The notes under the pieces: generated by a model
The model's database searches: none
What the model saw: only the letters and a program-made list of their open reading frames with translations
What the model was told of the DNA's origin: nothing
Part shown: positions 10,163-19,927 of the stretch, piece by piece
Layout: each line of letters opens with the position of its first letter
Position numbering within the stretch: the stretch's first letter is position 1
Position numbers and translations under genes: made by a program
Source of the DNA: Sulfolobaceae archaeon
GTDB taxonomy: Archaea > Thermoproteota > Thermoprotei_A > Sulfolobales > Sulfolobaceae
Direction of reading: 5' to 3'
DNA: 64,000 nt
Assembly: GCA_038893355.1 (NCBI GenBank)
Contig: JAWARQ010000005.1
Coordinates: 32,001 to 96,000, forward strand

Positions 10163-11255
10163 TAAAATAGATGAATTGATAAAGGTAGCCGCTGAATTTC
10201 CTATTAGAAAATTAGAGGAGATTAGCCTAACTGAAGAATTATTATATATAGATCAACTACCTCAACTATTGAAACTTCTTTCTGTTAAAAAAATAAAATG
10301 GAATTTTAATGCTAAAATAATAGGACCAGACGGTACAGTAATAAATACTCTAGGTGACGATAATGATAAGACGTTTTTAGTCAAGACACCTATAAAGAGA
10401 ATACCAATTGGATGGTTTATACCAAAAATTAAAGAAAACGAAATTAAAGATATGATTTATGACCTTATTCCTTGTAAGGAAGGTACTAGTTATTTTAATC
10501 CCTCAATGTGGCAAAGATTAGAGGTAGAGAAAAGAGAGGGAGGAAAGGTTAATATTATTAATAATTTATTTAAGTTTAGTGCAGGTGAAATTACAGAAAC
10601 TCCAAGAAAATTTGAAAGAGAAGAGGGGATTGAAATTAACTTGTATGAGAATGGTGATCTAAAACTTGATACTAGAATGTATAATCCTACATTTTACTAT
10701 CTCAATCCATTCTTTATTGGTAGTACAGAATCTTTAGAATTTGGTAGATCAAACTTTTTCTGCATTTCCCTAGATTCCACAATAAGCATAATATCTAACG
10801 ATCCATTTTTTATAGAATTTAGAGACGGTTTAGCTAAGGCGTATGGTAATCTATTTTTAGTAATTAGGAGTAAGAGTTGGAAGGAAATAAAACCCCATTT
10901 ACTTACATGGGATATGAGAAACAAGATTATAGAACTGGACTGCAAGCCACCTTTTAGAATTTCCTTATATAAAATAGAGCCACCATGGGCTATTCCGTTT
11001 TATATCTCTTACTCCACCGGAAAATTAAGGCTTGGTTTAATAAATCTTTCAGAATATGATATGATTTTTACATTTAGTATAGCAGGGAGAATAACTTATG
11101 CTAAGGTTTTGAACTCTGCTGGCAATGAGACGGAGAACCTTAATGTTGAGTTTGATAGGGTTAAAATACCTATAAGAATGTTTGGAATAGTTTTCGTGGA
11201 AATAGGGGTAAAGAGATTACTTGAAAGTTTCCTTAGAAGAAAGATGATTGAGTAA
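10113..11255 (+). CDS. Conserved hypothetical protein with degenerate GH38 alpha-mannosidase-like motifs; true start probably 10140/10143 or later
   Basis: QLPQLLK, GPDGT, FNPSMWQR and a C-terminal beta-sandwich resembling GH38; no HxHxD metal motif. Confidence 0.6.
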   Translation: MKKRHLSDLVMNLTAYDKIDELIKVAAEFPIRKLEEISLTEELLYIDQLPQLLKLLSVKKIKWNFNAKIIGPDGTVINTLGDDNDKTFLVKTPIKRIPIGWFIPKIKENEIKDMIYDLIPCKEGTSYFNPSMWQRLEVEKREGGKVNIINNLFKFSAGEITETPRKFEREEGIEINLYENGDLKLDTRMYNPTFYYLNPFFIGSTESLEFGRSNFFCISLDSTISIISNDPFFIEFRDGLAKAYGNLFLVIRSKSWKEIKPHLLTWDMRNKIIELDCKPPFRISLYKIEPPWAIPFYISYSTGKLRLGLINLSEYDMIFTFSIAGRITYAKVLNSAGNETENLNVEFDRVKIPIRMFGIVFVEIGVKRLLESFLRRKMIE

Positions 11256-11604
11256 GTTCATAAGCACAGCTGCCTATATTATATCCGTACTTATTTAAAA
11301 CTCTCCTACCTTCTGTACATAAAGAACATAATATTATTACAATATTACCTTTACCTGTTAATAAAGAGTCTACAGCCTCATCAAGCTTATTCATAAACCT
11401 TTCATCTTTTATTAAAATATTCTTCATAGTACTACCGCGCCTACCTTTTAGATAATTACTAAGAGCTGCAGGTGTAAGGTTCATTATAGTAGAGGCTTTA
11501 TATATTGATAGATTCTTCTCTCTTATTAGTCTCTCTGCTATCAATGATCTAATTGCTGGTAGCAGATCTCTAGCTGCAACTTCACATGGTACTGCCAGTT
11601 CCAT
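11233..11604 (-). CDS. HTH transcriptional regulator (COG2522-like) with Cys motifs
   Basis: PCEVAARDLLPAIRSLIA, HTH TPAALSNYLKGRRG, CSLC. Confidence 0.8.
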   Translation of the reverse strand: MELAVPCEVAARDLLPAIRSLIAERLIREKNLSIYKASTIMNLTPAALSNYLKGRRGSTMKNILIKDERFMNKLDEAVDSLLTGKGNIVIILCSLCTEGRRVLNKYGYNIGSCAYELTQSSFF

Positions 11605-11641
11605 AATCTAAACTCTCCAAACTAGATAAAAAATACTATTT

Positions 11642-14140
11642 TTATAATTCGCACGTCTTGCATCCGCCTGCAAAATCTTCTGCAACTTCAACATATTTTT
11701 TCTCTAATCTGAATGACGATGGTAAAATCTCAGTCTTCTTCTCCTTTTTTAACTCCTCTCTCTCTTTCTTAATTCCGAAGTATATTACTTGTTGACTCTT
11801 ACTTTTATCTCTATATACAGTAATTCCTTTAATCCCTAATTTCCAGGCTAGTAGATATACTCTTTCTACAGTATCTGGCAATTCCTGACTCTTTAAATTT
11901 ATAGTCTTAGAAGTACCAGAATCATTCCATTGTTGCCAACATGCTTGATGTAGTACATGATATTCTGGCGGAACCTCATGTGCAGTTCTAAATAATTTCC
12001 TTATACTCTTAGGCATGAATTTATCATTCCCAACTTCTCCCGTTTCAGCTATCTTTTGTATAACCTCTGGATCATCTAATTCATATTTTCTTAAATATTC
12101 TAGGAATAATGGGTCTATCTCAATAAACTTTCCTACTGCAACATTTCTTACAAACGCTAGAGCAAATAAAGGTTCTATCGATGAAGAAGTACCTGCAATT
12201 ATGGAAATAGTACCGGTAGGTGCGACAGATACAACGGTTGCATTTCTTAAACCATATTTAAATCTTTTTGCCTTTAGCTCAGAAAAGTCTAATTGTAAGG
12301 ATGGCTTCATTAGTTCTTTTACACTTTCACTAACCTCTCCATTTATACCAGCAATTTGTAATAATTCCTCAAAACTTTTAGCAGTCTCCCATATGTCTCT
12401 ATATAGAGTTGCATCATATGCAGGAAAAGAACCTTTTTCTATTGCAAGTTCTATAGAAGTCTCGTATGCAACATAATAGATAAATTTTGCAAGATTATAA
12501 GAGACATATAGAGCGTCAACACTATCATAAGGTATTCCTAACTTGATTAACATTCTAGCTAATCCCATTACGCCTAATCCAACCTTTCTAGTTCTCTTAG
12601 TAGCCTCTTCGATTTGCTTTAATGGATATCTATTTGCATCTATGACGTTATCTAAAAATCTCATTGCAATTCTAATAGTCCTTCTTAGATCATCCCAATC
12701 AATATATTTTCTTCCATCCTTTTCTTTTACAAATTTTTCTAAATTTATTGAGCCAAGATTACATGACTCCCACGGTAATAATGGCTCTTCGCCACATGGG
12801 TTCGTTGCATTAATTTTTCCTAAATACCATACTGGATGCCTTCTATTTATCTCGTCTATGAACAATAATCCAGGGTCTCCAGAATCCCATGCACCCTTTA
12901 CAATTTCCTCGAATAATTGCCTTGCATTAATGTACTTAACTATTGCTCCTTCTTTCTCTGCAATTACTAAAGCTTCGTCAACTGTTATTATCTTACTCTC
13001 ATCTAACCAAACCGATTCTTTCTCTTCTAGTTCTCTTAGAATCTCTTCTTGAACCCACTCTTCCGAAATATAGTTTCTTGCTTTAGAGATATAATAATCC
13101 CATTCTGTGCCTGCAATTTTTGTTTTTCTAGGATTTATAAGAGGCACTTGCTCCCCAGACTCCACAGCCTTCATGAAATAATCATAAACTCCTACTGATA
13201 TATTGAAGTTCTGTAAATGTGCATCTTTTAATTCACCAGTTTTAGATTTTATAAAATCAAAGATATCAGGATGCCAAACATGGAGTACACCCATGTTTGC
13301 CCCTCTTCTCTTTCCACCTTGCTTTACTACGTCAGTGGAGACATCGAATACCCTCATAAAAGAAATTGGACCAGAAGCTACGCCAGATGTAGATGCTACT
13401 ATATCTCCTTTAGGTCTTAACTCTGAAAAATCGAATCCAGTACCTCCACCTTGCTGATGAATTAAAGCCATTGCCCTTATTGCATCATATATTCCGTCTT
13501 GATTTGGAGTAGACATTGCATCCTTAACTGGGACGACAAAGCATGCAGAAAGTATTCCTAATCTTGTTCCAGCATTCATCAATGCAGGTGAGTTAGGTAA
13601 GAATTTTAAATTAGAAATTATATCATAAAATTCTTCTTCTATTCTTCTAATATCTTCTTCAGACTTTCCATAAATTTTTTCTACATTCGCTAAATGTCTT
13701 GCAACTCTTCTGAATAGCATTTGGGGAGTTTCTTTATATCTTAATGTCTCTGGATCCTTTATGAGATATCTTGCCTCTAGTACTTTTAAAGCATTATAAG
13801 ATAATAGTAAATCCTTTTCGTCAAAATTTTTCCACTTCCCTTTTCCAAATACATGATTATATATTCTTGCTAGTACGTACTTCTTAGCAAATTCTAATAG
13901 ATAAGGATACTGTAATGACTTCTCTACTAAGTTTCTTTCTACTATATCAGCTATAGTTTTAGACGAAATCATATTATCCTTTATATTAGCCCTTATATCG
14001 TCAACTATACTATCTAATACAGCCTCTGGAACTCCTTGTAATTTAGAGAACAATTTAGCTAGAGATAGGTCTTCTATCCTACCATCATATTTAATAACCT
14101 TAACTGTCGATAGTTGTGTTATTGCCCTTAATTCTTGCAT
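11642..14140 (-). CDS. nrdJ: Adenosylcobalamin-dependent (class II) ribonucleotide reductase with N-terminal ATP-cone
   Basis: VIKYDGRIE cone start, [42 protein letters not shown]-terminal CKTC. Confidence 0.95.
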   Translation of the reverse strand: MQELRAITQLSTVKVIKYDGRIEDLSLAKLFSKLQGVPEAVLDSIVDDIRANIKDNMISSKTIADIVERNLVEKSLQYPYLLEFAKKYVLARIYNHVFGKGKWKNFDEKDLLLSYNALKVLEARYLIKDPETLRYKETPQMLFRRVARHLANVEKIYGKSEEDIRRIEEEFYDIISNLKFLPNSPALMNAGTRLGILSACFVVPVKDAMSTPNQDGIYDAIRAMALIHQQGGGTGFDFSELRPKGDIVASTSGVASGPISFMRVFDVSTDVVKQGGKRRGANMGVLHVWHPDIFDFIKSKTGELKDAHLQNFNISVGVYDYFMKAVESGEQVPLINPRKTKIAGTEWDYYISKARNYISEEWVQEEILRELEEKESVWLDESKIITVDEALVIAEKEGAIVKYINARQLFEEIVKGAWDSGDPGLLFIDEINRRHPVWYLGKINATNPCGEEPLLPWESCNLGSINLEKFVKEKDGRKYIDWDDLRRTIRIAMRFLDNVIDANRYPLKQIEEATKRTRKVGLGVMGLARMLIKLGIPYDSVDALYVSYNLAKFIYYVAYETSIELAIEKGSFPAYDATLYRDIWETAKSFEELLQIAGINGEVSESVKELMKPSLQLDFSELKAKRFKYGLRNATVVSVAPTGTISIIAGTSSSIEPLFALAFVRNVAVGKFIEIDPLFLEYLRKYELDDPEVIQKIAETGEVGNDKFMPKSIRKLFRTAHEVPPEYHVLHQACWQQWNDSGTSKTINLKSQELPDTVERVYLLAWKLGIKGITVYRDKSKSQQVIYFGIKKEREELKKEKKTEILPSSFRLEKKYVEVAEDFAGGCKTCEL

Positions 14141-14288
14141 AGATATCGCATCTATATTTTTACTTACATCTTTTTCAATAATATAGTTAATCTAACTAGT
14201 ATTACCCCAACTCTCCAATTTTTAGTAATATTTTTGAAGGGTCATAAATAAGAAAGCCTTTTTACAATGAAATCTTAATATAAAATAA

Positions 14289-16199
14289 ATGAGTAATATA
14301 CTGGTAAATGAATTAAGATTGTTTTCTTTCTTATCAAAAAATAAAAAAGGGAGAATGCCTAAAGATATAATTAAAATTAAAAATATTGACGAATTTTCAA
14401 AATTAACAGGTGAAGAGACTCCACGATATGATTTTATAAGAGGTGAAGAAGGAGAAGTTATTGCAGATCTTATTGATCTAAGAGGTATTGAAGATCTAGG
14501 TGATAGGATTAGAGTATTACCTGGTACGAAATGGCGTGATGTAATAAATTTTTCTCCCGAAATATTTGGAAATCTTGATTTTAGCGTAGGTGGTGATGTT
14601 CACTTTAACGAACCAGTATTCGGATTTAATGAATTTGGTGAAATAAGAAATAGAGTAGAAGTCGAGGCAATAATTAATGGAAAGAGTTATACAGGAAAAT
14701 ATGTTGGAGGTATAATTAAATCAATAATTATAAGAAAAGAAATTAAAAATATAATTTATATGAAAAAAGACATTAGTATTAATGAATTTATAGATACTAT
14801 AGATTCTTGGTTTTCAAAAACGATACCAGTATTTAGGGATATTAGAGCATTTAAAAACGGAGAAAAAGTAACCCTCTTAGTAGCATATCCGGAATTTAGG
14901 AAAGGGTTATTAAAAAAATACATAGAGGATTTTAAAGATTCTAATGTAATTTATGAAGAATTTAACATTCCGCATCGCTATTTTTATTCTGGATACGTAG
15001 AATTAAATTCATTAAAAGATATAGTTAATTCTTTAAATAGAGCTGAGCATTGGAGTATGAGGATAGGGAGAAGGAAAATATATATTACAATATTTTCAAA
15101 TACTCCTTTATCAATTCCGTTCACTTACCTATCACCATACTGCAATATTGAGGATCAATCTTTTGGAATGGATTGTATAGGTTGTGGAAGGTGTGTGAAC
15201 ATATGCCCTCATTACGATCAGGTTAAACTTAGGGCATATTCCCCCCTTGGCTTTTATTTTTTATCAAGTATAGGAATGGGTAATGAAGTATCGCGATGCC
15301 ATATGTGTGGTTTATGTAATACGGTATGCCCAGTTAAATTAGATATTGTAGGCACATTAAAATCAGTTCTAAAGATAAATGGCGAAAAAGAGGTGAAGTA
15401 TAAACTAAATTTGAAACTTCCTAAGGTGATAGTGATCACTCCATTAAGTCAGAATTTTATATTAAGGGCAATAAAGGCAATGTTATATCTTAGAAGAAGG
15501 GGAATAAGGGTAGGTATAATAACATTAAACATTCCAGTCGAGGACATGATAAAGGGAAATTTAAGTGATGAAAATGTTATTAAGGAATTAAATGGAATAG
15601 ATGAAATAATAACAATAACACCAGAGGAATATAATTATCTATCTTTTTTAAAAACTAAAAAGATAATAGAAATTTCTTATATTGAAGATTATGTTATTAA
15701 GGAATTTAGGGATAAAATTAGAGGCTTACAAATCCATGAACCTTGTTTCTTAGGAAGCGAAAAGAATTTCCCTAAAGCAATAAAAGCGTGCTCCCACTCA
15801 TTCTTAGACTTTATTAATTCTGAAGATAATATACAACAAGTTAAGGCTGATATAACCTTATGCCCATTTACTGCATTAGTATCAAAAATACCAACATTTC
15901 TCGATAAAGCAGTTCAAATGGAAAATTTTGAAGAGTATGCAGAAAAAGCCTTAGAAAGTATTATTAGTTCGGTTAAGAATTATGAGAGTGTTATTCTCGA
16001 TATAGAATGGTATAAGGATTTAGATGATACAATATATTCTATGGTAATTAAGGACATTATGTGGTCTAAAGTAAAAAGTCTAGGTGATGAATTTATAATA
16101 CCATTATACTTTTATTTATCAATCAATCCACAACTAGAAATGCCAGAGATAACTATTGTTAAGAATATAATTGAGGAATATTTATCCAGTAAATACTAA
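14289..16199 (+). CDS. Degenerate FAD-binding / 2x[4Fe-4S] / CCG-like protein (AapX-type paralogue 1)
   Basis: VLPGTKWRDV and FSVGG FAD-fold remnants; CIGCGRCVNICP and CHMCGLCNTVCP; HEPCF, TLCPF. Confidence 0.75.
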   Translation: MSNILVNELRLFSFLSKNKKGRMPKDIIKIKNIDEFSKLTGEETPRYDFIRGEEGEVIADLIDLRGIEDLGDRIRVLPGTKWRDVINFSPEIFGNLDFSVGGDVHFNEPVFGFNEFGEIRNRVEVEAIINGKSYTGKYVGGIIKSIIIRKEIKNIIYMKKDISINEFIDTIDSWFSKTIPVFRDIRAFKNGEKVTLLVAYPEFRKGLLKKYIEDFKDSNVIYEEFNIPHRYFYSGYVELNSLKDIVNSLNRAEHWSMRIGRRKIYITIFSNTPLSIPFTYLSPYCNIEDQSFGMDCIGCGRCVNICPHYDQVKLRAYSPLGFYFLSSIGMGNEVSRCHMCGLCNTVCPVKLDIVGTLKSVLKINGEKEVKYKLNLKLPKVIVITPLSQNFILRAIKAMLYLRRRGIRVGIITLNIPVEDMIKGNLSDENVIKELNGIDEIITITPEEYNYLSFLKTKKIIEISYIEDYVIKEFRDKIRGLQIHEPCFLGSEKNFPKAIKACSHSFLDFINSEDNIQQVKADITLCPFTALVSKIPTFLDKAVQMENFEEYAEKALESIISSVKNYESVILDIEWYKDLDDTIYSMVIKDIMWSKVKSLGDEFIIPLYFYLSINPQLEMPEITIVKNIIEEYLSSKY

Positions 16200-16312
16200 C
16201 TATTTCAATCTTACAATAGAACATAAATAATATAAATAAGCTATTTAATTATTATTATTATTTATAATAAGATCTTGAAATAAATTATTATAGTATAGCT
16301 TCTCATTGATAT

Positions 16313-16326
16313 AAAAAGATTTTAAG
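16313..16326 (+). promoter_or_regulatory. BRE/TATA promoter for a leaderless aapF-aapE transcript
   Basis: AAAAAGA-TTTTAAG about 25 nt upstream of ATG 16349. Confidence 0.5.
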
Positions 16327-16348
16327 AAGTGTAAAGAATATTACCATA

Positions 16349-18178
16349 ATGGCTAAATCTAATAGTAAATCTACATTTTCTACGGATTCCTTTTATCTAC
16401 TCCTTTATAGATTTCCATTAACAAACTCTATAGCAAATTCATTAAGGCCTAAATTGTTAAAAGCTGGAATAAGTGAAGACCCAAATTATTTTGCTGCAAA
16501 GATAGTCTTTTACTTCTTATTAAGCCTGATAGCATCAATACTATTTATATTTATTGGAATTCTTGCTTTTATTAGATATACAGAAACTTTAGAAGCTAGA
16601 TTTTTAGGGGCTGGATTCATATTAATCATTTTTGCAGTTGTAATACCTTCAATAACATACTTTGTACTGACTACTGTAAGCATATCTAATAGGATAGATC
16701 AGAGAAGAACTGGTTTAGATGCAGAAACCCCTGCATTTGCTGCAATGTTTATAGTTTTCCTTAAATCTGGTTTATCGCCTCGAAGCTTATTTGAAGGTTT
16801 AAGTAGAATTGTGGCGCTAAGATATGTTAGCCAAATAGCTAAATATATTGTAAAGAGAATGAAGTATCTAAGTGAAGGTTTAGAGGAAAGTCTAGAGGCT
16901 GCATTAAATATAAGTCCTTCAAGAGTTTTTAATGACTATATATCAACCTACCTTACAGCATTGAGGACGGGCGCGCCTGTATTTGAGACTATGAGTAGTA
17001 AAACTAAGGATGTAATAAAATTATTAGAACTTATGGCTTCCTCAGCTGCCGATAAATTATCTGGAGTTGCAGAAACTTATGTCGTATGGCTAGCATCTGG
17101 CTATATTACATTGTTCTTAGCAATTTTACTCTTTTCAATTTTTCCTAATTTCTCTGGAGGTCTTTCGTTACCCTTAATGGGTGTACTGCTCGTAATTTTT
17201 GTACCAATCATGAACTTAATTTTTGTCTTACTTGCTGACTCGGTCCAACTAAAGTTTCCAGAAAGACCTCTTACAGCGTATAAAGTTTTCTGGATCTCCT
17301 TTAGTATAGGGTTAATAGTAATGTTTGGATTATTAATAATCAATAATCAATTAATTAAATTTATTACACTTTCGGGCACAACTAGTGATGTACCAATAAC
17401 TTTACTTATACTCACTATCTCACTATTAATCGCATCAGTACCTCCTGCTATAGTAGCTATAAGAGAAGTAAGAAAAGGTACTGGATATGATCAATATGTA
17501 GTTAGATTTTTGAGGGCAATTTCAGAAGGTCTAAGGGCAGGATTAAGCCCAGAAGCTGTGATAAAGAATCTTAAGAACAGTAAAGAGTTAGGAAAGATGA
17601 GGAAAATATTAGTTGAGATCGATGCATATTTAAGCTTAGGGTTAACTTTAAAAGATGCCCTCAAAAAAGCTTCGGAAAAAATTGATGAATTCTCGTCTAA
17701 GGTTGCTTTAGTAAGCTTAGCAGATATGATAGAGGTAGGAAGTATGACACCAGAAACTATCGAAGTCTTAGCAGAGCAGATAGAATCCCAAATTAGGATA
17801 AGAAGAGAGTATAATGCTAAAGTAAGGATATTGTTATATATGCCTTATATAGGCATACTATTGGCAATAATTGCAACAATCTTACTTTCTAACTCAATAT
17901 TACAGCTACTTACTGGAGAATATTCCAGAATATATGCAAGCTATGGACCATTAGCTACAGCAGCAACATTAATTCCAACTGCAGTATACATAATAACAAT
18001 ATCATCAATGTGGAATTCGTTTTTAGCTGGACTTCTAGTAGGAAAAATAGGGAATGGAAAGGTGGGTTTAGGGTTTATTCACTCTGCAATTCTAGTAATT
18101 ATAACGGCTTTACTCATAATGATTTCGCTTCAAATTAGCCTTATACCCAGTATTTCACCATCAACGTATGGTTTATAA
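16349..18178 (+). CDS. aapF: Type IV pilus / T2SS F-family membrane platform protein (AapF-like)
   Basis: Two T2SSF domains (FLKSGLSP; FLRAISEGLRAGLSP), about 9 TM segments, next to a secretion ATPase. Confidence 0.8.
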   Translation: MAKSNSKSTFSTDSFYLLLYRFPLTNSIANSLRPKLLKAGISEDPNYFAAKIVFYFLLSLIASILFIFIGILAFIRYTETLEARFLGAGFILIIFAVVIPSITYFVLTTVSISNRIDQRRTGLDAETPAFAAMFIVFLKSGLSPRSLFEGLSRIVALRYVSQIAKYIVKRMKYLSEGLEESLEAALNISPSRVFNDYISTYLTALRTGAPVFETMSSKTKDVIKLLELMASSAADKLSGVAETYVVWLASGYITLFLAILLFSIFPNFSGGLSLPLMGVLLVIFVPIMNLIFVLLADSVQLKFPERPLTAYKVFWISFSIGLIVMFGLLIINNQLIKFITLSGTTSDVPITLLILTISLLIASVPPAIVAIREVRKGTGYDQYVVRFLRAISEGLRAGLSPEAVIKNLKNSKELGKMRKILVEIDAYLSLGLTLKDALKKASEKIDEFSSKVALVSLADMIEVGSMTPETIEVLAEQIESQIRIRREYNAKVRILLYMPYIGILLAIIATILLSNSILQLLTGEYSRIYASYGPLATAATLIPTAVYIITISSMWNSFLAGLLVGKIGNGKVGLGFIHSAILVIITALLIMISLQISLIPSISPSTYGL

Positions 18179-18202
18179 ACTATAAAAACATTCTTTTTAA
18201 CT

Positions 18203-19918
18203 ATGAAATTACAAATTCCATTAGTTAAGCCTAAGAAGACTAGCGAAAAGAGGCAGATTAGATCTTTCGAATCCCTACCACTTACACTCACTCCAATTTT
18301 CTCGGGCTATGTAGAAATAGGAGATATAGTAAGTGAGTACGAAATAAATTTATTTAAAGTATTACCTGCTGAAATAATAGATAATTTAAATGAGAAAAGA
18401 ATAGAATTAAATATAGCTAATCCGCATGTATTTATTTCCTTTGAGCAAAACAAGGCAATATACAAATATAATTTGATTGAACCACCTCTAGATCAAGAAT
18501 CACTAGAATTATATCTATTATTAGTTAGCGAGATAGAAAGAGAACTACTATCAGAAAAAGAACATCTAGATCTAGGTTCGATATTAGTACAGCTTCATGA
18601 AAGGGGAAAATATAAAATCTTTGAAGGTAAAAGAGGCGATTTATATATCTTATCTACAAAAGCAAAAGTAACTTTATATTACTTATTACGTAATATCACC
18701 GGCTATAATATACTAGCACCATTATTAGCAGATCCGAAAATTGAAGATATATCTTGCAATGGAATGAATTTACCGGTTTATGTGTATCATAGAGACTATG
18801 AATACATGCCAACTAATATTATATTTACTGAAAAAATTCCAGTAGTGAATTATATCGTAGATGGAAAACAGTTGTTAGACCAACTAGTTATGAAACTGTT
18901 ATCCCTATCTGGCAAATCAATATCTATAGCTAATCCTATATCGGAAGGCATGTTACCTAAAGGAGAAAGAATTGCAGCTACTTTTAAGACAGAAGTTTCT
19001 GCAACTGGTTCTAGTTTTGTGATAAGAAGATTTAGTGAAGCACCAATAACTATTTTAGATTTAATCAACAGTAATACGTTATCACCAGAAATTGCAGCAT
19101 ACTTATGGTATGCAATGGATCTTAAATTATCCTTTATGGTTATAGGGGTAACTGGTTCCGGCAAAACTACGACACTAAATTCAACCATAAATCTAGTGAA
19201 AGAGTCGTCAAAAATTGTATCAATAGAAGATATTCCAGAAATTAAGATTGCACACGAGAATTGGGTACAGTTGTATGCAAGACCTGCATACGCTGGAATA
19301 GGTAAAGAAATAACACTAATGGATTTATTAAAGCTAGCATTAAGATATAGGCCAGATCTAATTGTGGTAGGTGAAATAAGAGGTGCAGAGGCTTATGTTC
19401 TTTTCCAGGCATTTTCAACTGGTCATGGTGGTGCAACGACCTTCCATGCTTACGATACTGAATCTGCCATTAAGAGACTTATGAATGAACCAATAAACAT
19501 ACCAAAAGAATGGATTCCAATGATGAATATCGTATTAACGGTAAGGAGGGTTCCAATATATACTGGAGAAAAGATTGTGGTAAGAAGAAGGGTAGTAGCA
19601 GTAGATGAAATATTAAGCGTTAATGATATTAGGAGGGTAAGTTACTGGGATCCAAAAAGAGATGTTCATGTCTTTGAACCTATTAATGCAAAAGTGATGG
19701 CAGCAAGATTAGAGGAAGTAGGAAAGACAATAGATGATGCTGTTGCAGAATTGGAAAGAAGGGCAACCTATTTATCAGCCCTGGCATCTATTAGGGAAAT
19801 TGTAAAGAGTCCAGAGAGTTATAAGGAAGTAAAGAAATATATAATAAAGTATAGTTTAAAGCCAGAGGAAGCGTATAAGGAAGTTACTGCAATGGCAAAA
19901 ATCTCCCCTAGAGCTTAA
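18203..19918 (+). CDS. aapE: Type IV pilus assembly ATPase (AapE-like)
   Basis: DPKIEDISCNG, Walker A GVTGSGKTT, SIEDIPE, LRYRPDLIVVGEIRG, His boxes TGH and TTFHA. Confidence 0.85.
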   Translation: MKLQIPLVKPKKTSEKRQIRSFESLPLTLTPIFSGYVEIGDIVSEYEINLFKVLPAEIIDNLNEKRIELNIANPHVFISFEQNKAIYKYNLIEPPLDQESLELYLLLVSEIERELLSEKEHLDLGSILVQLHERGKYKIFEGKRGDLYILSTKAKVTLYYLLRNITGYNILAPLLADPKIEDISCNGMNLPVYVYHRDYEYMPTNIIFTEKIPVVNYIVDGKQLLDQLVMKLLSLSGKSISIANPISEGMLPKGERIAATFKTEVSATGSSFVIRRFSEAPITILDLINSNTLSPEIAAYLWYAMDLKLSFMVIGVTGSGKTTTLNSTINLVKESSKIVSIEDIPEIKIAHENWVQLYARPAYAGIGKEITLMDLLKLALRYRPDLIVVGEIRGAEAYVLFQAFSTGHGGATTFHAYDTESAIKRLMNEPINIPKEWIPMMNIVLTVRRVPIYTGEKIVVRRRVVAVDEILSVNDIRRVSYWDPKRDVHVFEPINAKVMAARLEEVGKTIDDAVAELERRATYLSALASIREIVKSPESYKEVKKYIIKYSLKPEEAYKEVTAMAKISPRA

Positions 19919-19927
19919 GGCCTAGAT

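Noticed and set aside
12015-13457. Plus-strand ORFs inside nrdJ, and similar antisense ORFs in gatE, aapE/F, acs, hps, rqcH, lig and hem genes
   Set aside because: They mirror real genes on the opposite strand, have S/I/F/L-rich composition and no motifs
11642-14140. Possible intein in nrdJ (also checked lig)
   Set aside because: Lengths are normal, catalytic motifs are contiguous, no intein termini or LAGLIDADG motifs
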